A DNA stretch of 64,000 nt from a virus. The translations under genes and the position numbers were made by a program. The number at the start of each line of letters is the position of its first letter. Positions within the stretch are counted from its first letter, which is position 1. The notes under the pieces are model-generated. The model saw nothing but the letters and a program-made list of their open reading frames with translations. It was not told where the DNA came from and did not search any database. Of this stretch, positions 11,001 to 19,032 are shown piece by piece. The DNA lies in the IMG/VR virus record IMGVR_UViG_3300043411_001170, positions 32,001-96,000 of that record. One strand, 5' to 3'.

Positions 11001-12995
11001 ACGATGGAAACATTGGATACGATAGAGTCAACAAGTAAGGCAAATAAAAATGAAGAAATGAAAAATAGAGAATTAAAGGAAAAAGAAAAAGTAGAATCTA
11101 TTATTTCATTATTAAATGAAGAAGCTGAAAATATAATGAAAAACATTGAGCCAGATGCCATTTTATCAGAAATTGTAGATGAAAAGGCAAATGAGAGTGT
11201 CTATGTCAACAGTAAAGGTATAGATGCTTTGGTAAGAGTAAACCAAATTCCAAGAAAAGTATTCATGTCAGTAGTAGTAGGAAAAGACGATGTATTAGCT
11301 ATCTATGAGCCTAATACAAATAAATTCCTACCTCCTGAGTTCAATACTGATGAATTTAATATTAAAGAAATTAGGGATCAAGATCCTTTAGATTTAGAAG
11401 CTGAATTAAACGAATACTTGTCATCTAAAGATGGATCTAAAATCATTATTGATTACTATAGACAATGTGTAGAAGAAAAATTTGTAGAGTCAGCTAATAG
11501 ATGGGCATTTAAAATATATGTCCAGATTCTAGCTGAAAATGCAAATGAACTATACCCCCATAAAAATAAGTATGATCTTAAGAAAGAGTTGCTAGGAAAT
11601 CTCAAACAATTTTTAGGAAGTTCACAGAACAGGGGTTATGGAGTTCTAGCTTTTAATAAATTCCTTGAAGATAATCAAGGCGTTTCTTTGGCTATATCTC
11701 CAAAAGTCATCTCATTTGTAGAATATATCAATCAGAGCGTATTTAATGGTTCTGATCTTTTAGTTATTGACGATATTACAAAATTGATTGTATATAATCC
11801 GAATGCAAAGTTAACATTAGCAGCTAAACTTCCAGATAGTATATCTATAGCAAAGAGTTTAGCAAATAAAGTAGTAAGTAAGATAGAAACATACCAGAAC
11901 AACAAAAAGGTATTATCTACTCTTATTTCAGAAAAAGAAAGATATATTGAAAAAATCCCATTAGGGGATATAGCGGCTGTATTAAAAGGTATGGCTCAAA
12001 GTAAGGATCAGGCAAATCAAATTCAGTTACAGTTTGAAAAAGACTGGATTGAATACGTACAACTTCTAGTAAAGAACAGGCAGATAGAGGTAGAGGCTGA
12101 CCTACTTGAAAATTTAGGTGTTAGTTCCAAAAATAAATTGTTTGCAAAACAGGATAGAGACAATTTCGATATAGTGGCAAACAAGGCAACAGACTATTTA
12201 AATGAAATTTCAGATAAAGTAGATGAACTACTTGCAGAGATGGACGAAGAAGTAATGGATGAAGAGGGTGATTCTGTACCTCTTAGCCAATTCAGCCCTG
12301 ATTATGCTAAAGGGCTAAGTACTACAAGTATTCTACAGAAACTTAAAAACACTGCAAATCATCTGCAAAAAGATATTAATAAGCAAATTTCTTTAATAGA
12401 GAAGGCAGAACAGAAAGATGAATCAGAGGATGTCGGAATAGATATAAATATATTCTCAGAATTAGATGGTCCTTCTGAATCGACTACAGATGAAGATACA
12501 GAAGCTGGTGAATTATTCGTTCAGGATATAATTGGTTTTGTAAAGGTAGGTGTAGATAAATATGTAGAATTGAAAAGTTTCTTTGACGTAGGTGCTTCTC
12601 AAGAAGCAATCTTAAAAGCAAATGATATGTGGGAAAAGAGACTAGAAAGAGTAAAGATTGTAGAAGAAGCTCAAGCAGCTAGTAAAGGCGGAACAAAAGG
12701 TGTCAAACAAGAGGGAGGAGAAGAAGAGGATGTTGACACTTCAGGTCTATCAGAGGACGATAAGATGCTTTTGGAAATGGGACTTTTACAGGTAGAAACC
12801 CCTGCTACACCAGCAGCAAAACCCAAGATACAAGATACTAGAGTCGATACTAAGATTAAGAAACCAAGAGCAAATAAAAAGAAACCTGATAACACATCAA
12901 AAGCTATGACCTCGGCTCAAGTTAGAACTCTTTCACCAGAAGAAAGAGAAATCGGTATGAGTATTACTATAGTTAAGCCGACAAAAAAGAAGTAA
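8088..12995 (+). CDS. Giant hypothetical protein (1,635 aa), candidate virion internal protein
   Basis: Long ORF with GAGG RBS upstream; N-terminal KEAS/KTAA motifs; acidic then basic disordered C-tail. Confidence 0.85.
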   Translation: MSSHNSLWDLFLSEVEKQEAPYKEPLTKEASSHSSKEILREAFTEYTGTIKTAATKKKPVLKEVVQRQPFLESSESITSLLMEDYQYIVNDADGVIPDLIRIIRSSNKGTSEEKEKAVKILNEFKSVLESTNSKILRYINELKSNKNIFYAEEQAYRNKTIELFTRMIQSEVLLNLFRDNIQDKRNSTDIKEEEAGDEKLNRGTPIISKADGESYEVDEDGHVISTTTSKLLSSRRTHTVQDMTRKNTITRDLNISYVNKYIDNLVKDIYENSNVYPIPLKPSRGTRDEQVADRERALGYLRPVFEVILDTIRTQVVNLTADANNLLQKHLEELKRFKSEVKKDKNAKRPMLDLENTFFTWKKIDKTRSITLDTHNKNLHLYLRPIVVNAVRNISSSVEGSTHEKLIDDKSNDFIQSVLYDESSNINIGNIIINKIALIDMSYNESTKKKQETINEDMLDSLYGAIFNTTAKSTEEKTKKIRGYVKEYAMGVINNLESGIKKSMSDNYFTDLISLTLSEFMPLHVKAEKNNVENELLLGFNKYIQSSIRSRKAPFSINTTGIGDDYRAQYGDLTTKEERNKSIAVSTAIRELVGKSPVKGVDTTTNKLPVSDLDLIKDKEIDELAKTYPGVPTAISRVVNDLIGLGSKGSSVLDESTKYILQGNEGKVAKKIADILNLKEEQEIIKNNPDLLNYPEPERKEKIKKIKEEGLGVKAKLKKQRDNLRLWFINMGISPDIKNPYDFNSSINDVKIKLKSKVDPLIEVRTNLINELEGVGKIKDQGLNKKYDELYNRFTKDTKNVIELSTLKTTSLDKLKITPEVLRTFKSVFDSLSNYASYYVKDTEEATSGQGLPKDVMDYTSRLKINNNTDALTSRMGIPKELVNFFFEEVNKLMESDNKADKEKLSTILGEVIDVLLSIRGNISVCIKVFTNYEKNITDHNPRGISNINANLINYEAAYKLLISTEKEYKDTMETLDTIESTSKANKNEEMKNRELKEKEKVESIISLLNEEAENIMKNIEPDAILSEIVDEKANESVYVNSKGIDALVRVNQIPRKVFMSVVVGKDDVLAIYEPNTNKFLPPEFNTDEFNIKEIRDQDPLDLEAELNEYLSSKDGSKIIIDYYRQCVEEKFVESANRWAFKIYVQILAENANELYPHKNKYDLKKELLGNLKQFLGSSQNRGYGVLAFNKFLEDNQGVSLAISPKVISFVEYINQSVFNGSDLLVIDDITKLIVYNPNAKLTLAAKLPDSISIAKSLANKVVSKIETYQNNKKVLSTLISEKERYIEKIPLGDIAAVLKGMAQSKDQANQIQLQFEKDWIEYVQLLVKNRQIEVEADLLENLGVSSKNKLFAKQDRDNFDIVANKATDYLNEISDKVDELLAEMDEEVMDEEGDSVPLSQFSPDYAKGLSTTSILQKLKNTANHLQKDINKQISLIEKAEQKDESEDVGIDINIFSELDGPSESTTDEDTEAGELFVQDIIGFVKVGVDKYVELKSFFDVGASQEAILKANDMWEKRLERVKIVEEAQAASKGGTKGVKQEGGEEEDVDTSGLSEDDKMLLEMGLLQVETPATPAAKPKIQDTRVDTKIKKPRANKKKPDNTSKAMTSAQVRTLSPEEREIGMSITIVKPTKKK

Positions 12996-13000
12996 GAACC

Positions 13001-13037
13001 AAATTAAAAAGCCCTCTTGATGAGGGCTTTTTAATTT
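13001..13037. terminator. Bidirectional intrinsic terminator
   Basis: Perfect 16-bp inverted repeat AAATTAAAAAGCCCTC-ttgat-GAGGGCTTTTTAATTT between convergent genes. Confidence 0.85.
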
Positions 13038-13038
13038 A

Positions 13039-13746
13039 TTAGTCGTCAAATTCTTCGTTTCCGTCACTTTCCTCATCATCCTCTTCATCAAGGATATTTA
13101 CAAAAGATTTTAATACAGATCGGAAAGAATTATTACCTAGCAAAGGGTTCTTTTTAAGATCTACTTTTTTAGGCTCCTCAATAACAGGTTTTGAAGATTC
13201 TAATTTTTTAGTTTCTTTAATTAAATTAGTTTTGGATAAATCTGAAGAATAAGATTCGGAAGCATCTGACTGATGATATTCAACTCCTGGTGTCTCATTA
13301 ATTTTCTCAATGACAGGTTTTTTACACCCTTTTTGAATTTTAATATTAGTTGTTTTTGCGGGTTTTCTTTGTTGAAAAGGTCTTTTCTTACGGTATTTCC
13401 AACGTTCAGCTATAGCTCTAGCTCTTGGTGGTTCCATCATATAATCAAAAAGAGCGTTGTCTTTTGTGACAACTAGGCTCTTTCTATATTTAAATTTTAG
13501 AGTGAGTTTTTCTTTGGATTCAGCAAAACCAGTTTCACTAAGGGGTGCTGTCTTCATAGCTGATGGACTATGTCTCCAGTAAAATTTTCCAAAAGGAAAT
13601 AATAAAGACTCCCCTTTTCTAATCTGGTAAAATAAAATTGTCATTCCCTTCAAAACATCTCTTACATAGTCTTTAGGAACACCTGTTAATTCATTTAATT
13701 TGTCTATGACACCAGTAAATAGAACACTGTATTTATCAATAGGCAT
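13039..13746 (-). CDS. HU/IHF-like histone-like DNA-binding protein with long C-terminal extension
   Basis: VIDKLNELTGVPKDYVRDVL...GESLLFPFGKF...LKFKYRKSL follows the HU fold pattern; basic then acidic tail. Confidence 0.65.
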   Translation of the reverse strand: MPIDKYSVLFTGVIDKLNELTGVPKDYVRDVLKGMTILFYQIRKGESLLFPFGKFYWRHSPSAMKTAPLSETGFAESKEKLTLKFKYRKSLVVTKDNALFDYMMEPPRARAIAERWKYRKKRPFQQRKPAKTTNIKIQKGCKKPVIEKINETPGVEYHQSDASESYSSDLSKTNLIKETKKLESSKPVIEEPKKVDLKKNPLLGNNSFRSVLKSFVNILDEEDDEESDGNEEFDD

Positions 13747-13773
13747 AATTAATTCCTTTGATGAGGATAAAGT

Positions 13774-14286
13774 ATGTTATCAAAAATAGCTAAAGCGATT
13801 GTTCCAATTATCAGACAACAGACTCAATTTACATGTAGTGCCGTATCTATATCTGCCTGTTTGCAATTTTTTGACAAACCATATAACGAAGATGATGTAA
13901 ATAGAGTTTTAAAGTGCGTACCTAAAAAGGGAGCTTCTTGGGAAGAGATTCTTCTATGCTTACAGTATTTCGGCATGAAGGGTGAATTAATAGTACCATG
14001 TAATTTTAAGATATTAAAAGAATGGACGGATAATGGAAATCCTGCTATTATAGGATGGAATCCACAAGGAAGACCTTGGTCACATGCTTCTGTAGTCTGT
14101 GACGTATCTAAGAGTAAAGGAATATTAATCATGGACCCAAACTCTGTTAATACAGATAAGACATTAAAATGGTGGTCATTCGATGATTTTTCAGACAGAT
14201 GGTACGAAAAGAGCGGTGATTTTGTAGTTAGAAGACCTGCATTAAAAGTATCTAAAGAAGTTGGAGTAAATGGTGAACTTCTGTAA
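13774..14286 (+). CDS. C39-family cysteine peptidase (stand-alone)
   Basis: RQQTQFTCSAVS (Q...C), WSHASVV (H) and ILIMDP (D) match the C39 catalytic pattern. Confidence 0.8.
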   Translation: MLSKIAKAIVPIIRQQTQFTCSAVSISACLQFFDKPYNEDDVNRVLKCVPKKGASWEEILLCLQYFGMKGELIVPCNFKILKEWTDNGNPAIIGWNPQGRPWSHASVVCDVSKSKGILIMDPNSVNTDKTLKWWSFDDFSDRWYEKSGDFVVRRPALKVSKEVGVNGELL

Positions 14287-14293
14287 AAAATAA

Positions 14294-14318
14294 AAAAGAG
14301 AGGGCGTACCTCTCTTTT
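14294..14318. terminator. Bidirectional intrinsic terminator
   Basis: AAAAGAGAGG-gcgta-CCTCTCTTTT between convergent genes. Confidence 0.75.
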
Positions 14319-14351
14319 AAAAACTACTACACTTATTTAATAAGTCAGAAA

Positions 14352-15275
14352 TCAGTCTAAGAAATCTGATTTATCAAAATCTCCCAAAGTTTTAATTTTC
14401 TCTGACCAGTACCATGCAGATGGAATACTTTCTTTTATTTCAGCCGAAGAACTACCTAGTAGTTTCATTTTAATCAACGTATGAATAATACGTTTATCAC
14501 TTTCTTTCATATCTTCGGTCTGTTCCTCAAGAAGCTCTAAAAATTTTATGATAGCTTCCTTGTGTTCATAATCTTTTACAGGATTATGAAATGAACTACT
14601 TGATATGACATCATCAATACTAAAACATTCTAAAGTTCTATGTTTTCTATGATATTTAGAAACATAGGTGGCGTATTTCACACACCAGTATCCAAAAGCT
14701 TCTGGTGTAATACTCCCATATTTCAGAATGGCCGACTTTAATAAGTCTCTATCAAGACATTTAATGATAAAGTCGTTGATAAAATCATCAACGTCAGACG
14801 GTGACATTTCATTAAAATTCTTTAATCCTCTCTTAAATACTACACGTCTTACTTCATTAAGATAATCTTCCGTAATTTTTGAAAAGAAAACCTTTGTAAA
14901 AGTATCCCTATTTACACCTGATAAATAACCATAGAGATTAGAATCTTTTGGGAGACTCTCCAAAAGAGAGGGATTAGTTCCTAAAATATCTTGGGCTTTT
15001 ACTCCCATACCTATAATAATAGAAGAAGCAGATAATTTAGCGTTGTTTTCTTTTATAATATAACCTTCTTTTTTCATAAACTTGAGAAGATTACTTATAA
15101 ATTTTGATTTATTTTCGGGGGGAGTAAGTCTTTTCTCCACCAAAAGTAAATCAAATACAACTTCAGAGTTAGAGATAATTTTTGAAGGAGATGGATGTTT
15201 AAATCCGTACCAATTAAAGAAACTGAACGTGAATCCAATAGCTTCCATACCTGTTTCTACAATAAGTGGATTCAT
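14352..15275 (-). CDS. Divergent sigma-70/ECF-like factor with N-terminal extension
   Basis: Region-2-like EVRRVVFK...SDVDDFINDFIIK...AFGYWCVKYA; region-4-like IIHTLIKMKLLGSSSAEIKE. Confidence 0.5.
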   Translation of the reverse strand: MNPLIVETGMEAIGFTFSFFNWYGFKHPSPSKIISNSEVVFDLLLVEKRLTPPENKSKFISNLLKFMKKEGYIIKENNAKLSASSIIIGMGVKAQDILGTNPSLLESLPKDSNLYGYLSGVNRDTFTKVFFSKITEDYLNEVRRVVFKRGLKNFNEMSPSDVDDFINDFIIKCLDRDLLKSAILKYGSITPEAFGYWCVKYATYVSKYHRKHRTLECFSIDDVISSSSFHNPVKDYEHKEAIIKFLELLEEQTEDMKESDKRIIHTLIKMKLLGSSSAEIKESIPSAWYWSEKIKTLGDFDKSDFLD

Positions 15276-15353
15276 ATATCTCCCTCAATCCTGATTTAAG
15301 GTTCTTCTTACATACAAGAGAAGGAATCAATTCCTTCGCCCTATGTGACTAGA

Positions 15354-15381
15354 ACTTTAATAGTTTTATTGAGGAAGTCAA
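15354..15381 (-). promoter_or_regulatory. Candidate sigma70-type promoter for the 14352-15275 gene
   Basis: Minus strand TTGACT-N16-TAAAGT. Confidence 0.35.
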
Positions 15382-15505
15382 GGGTTTACAAAATAAATCG
15401 TAAGACCTCAATAAACACATATACTTAAATATACACTTAAAAAGAATATGGATATAAAATCCATAAAAATATATGTATTATGACATTCCCTAATAGGAGG
15501 AAGGT

Positions 15506-15578
15506 AAGACTTATCAAGTCAGATCTTGATAAATACTATTTCTAATAGTTATCAAGAAAATTTGAAATGATAAGTCTT
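15506..15578. repeat. Nested inverted repeats with four alternating TTATCA boxes (candidate origin/iterons)
   Basis: AAGACTTATCA 15506-15516 / TGATAAGTCTT 15568-15578; TCTTGATAA 15524-15532 / TTATCAAGA 15549-15557. Confidence 0.6.
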
Positions 15579-15959
15579 TTCAATAATTATTAATTTTTCA
15601 AAGAAAACTCACAAGAAAAAGGAGGGAAAAGGAATAAAGAATAGGGAGAGAGTATACTGACGATACTTATTCTTACTCTTCTTCTATAGTAACAAGAAAA
15701 ACTTTTGGAAGGAAAGATTCATAGACAAGATCAGAATGAACGAGATGATGTTATACATAGAGATCAACAACCACATGATGAGAAAGTTCAGAAACAAGAT
15801 TAGATTAATCTACTAGATGATTTTCTTTTTTTGGTGTTTTAAGAGATTGTATATTGTAAAGAAAGATATCTATATTCAATAATATATTATTCAAATTATC
15901 TATATAGTAAGAATATATCTTATATCCCTTTAATATATTCTTATAGACAGTTCGAATCC

Positions 15960-16560
15960 TCGTATAGAGGCCAATATCTTTCAAAGGCTATGGGGGTTAA
16001 ATTTACCAGATCTAACCTAAGTCTCCAATCAAGACCGCCAACACCTTCAGGCTCTAGTAATCTGCTGCCGTTTCAAGGCAGCCTGGATCGATTCACTAGA
16101 TACATTTACTTCTCAGCTTATGACCACTCCTCATCCAGAAATCTTTCCCTTATAAACTTAAACAATTTTATTTAACTTTATAGTGAGTCTGATTTCTTTA
16201 GAGTACGCACCAGTTCAAGTGGCTAGCCTTTAAAGGCGGGTACGCCACTCCCGCAAGATTTTCATCTCTACCTCCCATCATCTGCTTTGATTCTCACAGT
16301 TCATGTCTACTATTTTTCAAGTAATAGACACTCCTCCGTTATTGAGAGAACCAACATAATGGCTTTCTTTCAGAAATAATTTGTTTTACGATGATTACTT
16401 CTAAAATCTGCCATAGTGCCTTTAAGGGTCAGCACTACGATGATCCGCCAACGCAAGGTACACCCTAAAATCAATTAATTTAATTAGTTATCTTATTTTA
16501 GTTTCTTGTCAGGAAACTTATTTTGATTAACTGTTAAAATTTAATCAATAATAGGTAAGG
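15960..16560 (-). ncRNA. Putative large structured non-coding RNA (~500-600 nt), family unassigned
   Basis: At least 9 helices packed in a GC-enriched island within a non-coding gap; several contain G.U pairs on the minus strand that would be A.C mismatches on plus; ends approximate. Confidence 0.65.
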
Positions 16561-16666
16561 ACTTTGTCGATATGTAGTTGTAAAAGAGCAGGCAAGCAAA
16601 ACAGATCGCTTGCTAGACAACACATCATACCAGAATTATTTAAGAGTTATCAACTTTGGTGAAAAA

Positions 16667-17182
16667 ATGTCAGAGAAAAACAAATTCTTTATAGATTTCG
16701 ATGGGAAGCCAGACGATTATCGCACAAGGTCAGATAGAAATAGGGGTACGGGTTTAGGAGAATCAGATCGTGTAGGTACAGTAGTAGATCCTGATATAAA
16801 GTATCAGTATTATTTTTTGAAGGGAACGGCAAATTATGTATTTGTAGAACAAATAGCATTTGCTTGTTATGGTATTTTGATAAATGCGTTACAGCCTTTA
16901 TTTCCTTTATCGAATGAAGCAGCACCATCACCTTTTGTGTTAATTACTCCAACAATTGCCCCATTACCCGGTAATATATCAAAGTTACGCTATCCCCTTA
17001 CAGTAAGATGGGATATGTGGCAATTTTCAGCGGTTCCAGTCATAGGGATGGAAGAAATAAATCCTAACAATCCTATAAATACGCAGGATATACAATACAA
17101 TTTTTTAAGATACTTTAGAAAACTGTATTATTACGTATATAACTCATTAATAGAGAATGGATTTCTTCCACCGTTAAATTAA
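16667..17182 (+). CDS. Hypothetical protein
   Basis: ORF 16610..17182; ATG at 16667 with GGTG RBS preferred. Confidence 0.7.
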   Translation: MSEKNKFFIDFDGKPDDYRTRSDRNRGTGLGESDRVGTVVDPDIKYQYYFLKGTANYVFVEQIAFACYGILINALQPLFPLSNEAAPSPFVLITPTIAPLPGNISKLRYPLTVRWDMWQFSAVPVIGMEEINPNNPINTQDIQYNFLRYFRKLYYYVYNSLIENGFLPPLN

Positions 17183-17193
17183 AGGAATAAAAG

Positions 17194-17397
17194 ATGGCCG
17201 ATAACAGTCCAATTAAAGTAGGTTCTTACGTCACTATTAGATGTCAAGTCAGAAGGAACGATGGAAATGAACCCTGTAAAGGAAGTACAGCTATCTTGAT
17301 TGCTAAAGTGCAACCCTCTGATATAGCTTTACAGGCAACCATTACTGCATCGTTCCAATGTTGTACTTGTAAAGGCGTTTTTACAATATCTCATTAA
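17194..17397 (+). CDS. Small Cys-rich (possible zinc-binding) protein
   Basis: AAGGA RBS; C...C plus CCTC. Confidence 0.65.
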   Translation: MADNSPIKVGSYVTIRCQVRRNDGNEPCKGSTAILIAKVQPSDIALQATITASFQCCTCKGVFTISH

Positions 17398-17418
17398 TTT
17401 TAACTATTCCCCAACAGT

Positions 17419-17451
17419 AGTTCTAGGTGAACAGCCTCACCTAGAACTTTT
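17419..17451 (+). terminator. Hairpin/terminator
   Basis: AGTTCTAGGTGA-acagcc-TCACCTAGAACT followed by T run. Confidence 0.6.
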
Positions 17452-17464
17452 AATAGGGGATAAA

Positions 17465-18094
17465 ATGAGTTCAAAGAAGAAGATCTTATTTCACGGTCCA
17501 AATGCAAAATCTGCATTTGAGAAGCATTTATCAAAGTGTTTTACAAGTTTTCCTATTTTACATATTAACGAAGAAACGACAATAGATACCATCAGAGACT
17601 TTTCTAGTTGGTTATTAGTCCCTTCATTTTCATCGAATAGTTGGATTGGTTTTGGGCCAGTAGACCAAATGAAACCAAGTTATTTTGATGCTATGCTGAA
17701 GGGAGTTGAAGAGAGCTTACATCATATTGTTTCATGGTGTAATTCGATTGCTTCTGTTTCTGAGACATATCAGTCAAGAGTTCAAACAATATGGTGTTAT
17801 GATCCTGCTGTAAAACCTACTAAAAAAGTAGAAGACAATATTATCAGTGAACTTCTGCAAAGTCATATTTATGAGGTGATCTCTATATTTAGTAGAGATC
17901 TTACTTCTGAAGATTTAATGAAAGAATTAGCTATAGACTTTATTAATTACAAAGACAACAGTAAGCATACAAAACTTTGGGAGTCATTAAGATCTATTGA
18001 TAAATATGACTCTGTGTCTGAAGGATTAAAGAAGAAGCTGATATTAAAATGTTTATTAGAGTACGCTGAAAGTACAAAAACAGGAAAGAAGTAG
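17465..18094 (+). CDS. holB: Divergent DNA polymerase III delta' (HolB)-like clamp-loader subunit
   Basis: ILFHGP, TIDTIRD, VDQMKPSYFDAMLKGVEES, ETYQSRV echo HolB motifs (I.IDQIR, NALLKTLEEP, TI.SRC). Confidence 0.6.
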   Translation: MSSKKKILFHGPNAKSAFEKHLSKCFTSFPILHINEETTIDTIRDFSSWLLVPSFSSNSWIGFGPVDQMKPSYFDAMLKGVEESLHHIVSWCNSIASVSETYQSRVQTIWCYDPAVKPTKKVEDNIISELLQSHIYEVISIFSRDLTSEDLMKELAIDFINYKDNSKHTKLWESLRSIDKYDSVSEGLKKKLILKCLLEYAESTKTGKK

Positions 18095-18095
18095 C

Positions 18096-19031
18096 ATGTT
18101 ATACTTTATAATCGGGAACGATGACTTTTTAATGTACCGTGCAAAAATAAATATGCTTAATAAGCATATAAATGCGGGGTTTCATCACTTTTCGTCAGAA
18201 GCAGGCTTAAAAGATACTGTTCTATCTTCTAAAATTTCCATGTATAAGACAGTTATTGTACATGATAATTTAAAGAAATCCGAACTTCCCTTATTAGAAC
18301 CTATTTTATATGACGATGATAAATCCATGATTATTTGTGGTATCTCCACCATAGATAAATCAGTATTAAAAGATTTAACATCAAGTGATAGGGTGATAGA
18401 ATATTATCAGCCTTATTCACAGACTGATAAAGAGTCATTTTACTTTAATATGCTTAAGAAGTTATGTAGAGATCAAAAGATCACGATAACTGATAAGACG
18501 GCTAGGACTATTGTAGACTTAACAGGTGTCTCACATACTGCTGATACAGGATTTTTATACTATGAAACGTTAAAGCTAATAAATTTTTGTAGATCACATA
18601 AAAAATCGGAGATACAGGAGTCAAGCCTAAATATTGTTGAGTCGTCTGGGGACTCAGGATTTTTTACGTTATTTGATGATTTATTAAATATAACTACAGA
18701 AACATTTTCGCAATTTGTAGGAAGAATTAATCAGTATGTAACTAAAGACCCGCAATTTTTATACGGGTTTTTTAATTATAGTTTTGGCATATTGGTGTTA
18801 CTAAAGGGATCTCAATTAGATAAAAGACAGAATGCAAAAGAAATAGCTAGTATTCTTGGAAAGAAGGAATTTTATATTAAGAGTGTTTTAAACAAAAAAG
18901 TTTTAAAAAATAGAGTAAGTTTATTATTGTCTATAGTAACAGATTCCCTTGTGTACTTAGAAACTATTCAGGGGGATTCTGTCGGTAAGTTTTTAACAGA
19001 CGTGTTCAGAGGGATAGAGAAGGGAAATTAG
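18096..19031 (+). CDS. holA: DNA polymerase III delta (HolA)-like clamp-loader subunit
   Basis: N-terminal LYFIIGNDDFL, lid ITITDKTARTIVDLTG...LYYETLKL, collar EIASILGKKEFYIK; follows holB-like gene. Confidence 0.6.
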   Translation: MLYFIIGNDDFLMYRAKINMLNKHINAGFHHFSSEAGLKDTVLSSKISMYKTVIVHDNLKKSELPLLEPILYDDDKSMIICGISTIDKSVLKDLTSSDRVIEYYQPYSQTDKESFYFNMLKKLCRDQKITITDKTARTIVDLTGVSHTADTGFLYYETLKLINFCRSHKKSEIQESSLNIVESSGDSGFFTLFDDLLNITTETFSQFVGRINQYVTKDPQFLYGFFNYSFGILVLLKGSQLDKRQNAKEIASILGKKEFYIKSVLNKKVLKNRVSLLLSIVTDSLVYLETIQGDSVGKFLTDVFRGIEKGN

Positions 19032-19032
19032 T

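Noticed and set aside
120-12895. Numerous minus-strand ORFs (60-230 aa) inside the giant genes, and similar ones across the window
   Set aside because: Antisense shadows of long + strand genes; S/L/F-rich composition is the expected mirror of K/E-rich codons
15990-16175. 61-aa + strand ORF in the intergenic gap
   Set aside because: Atypical composition, and it overlaps the structured minus-strand RNA, which explains the sequence better
15960-16560. Group I/II intron, tmRNA or RNase P identity for the structured RNA
   Set aside because: It does not interrupt a gene; I could not find group II domain V, group I P7, tRNA-like ends or the RNase P P4 consensus by eye (cmscan needed to exclude them formally)
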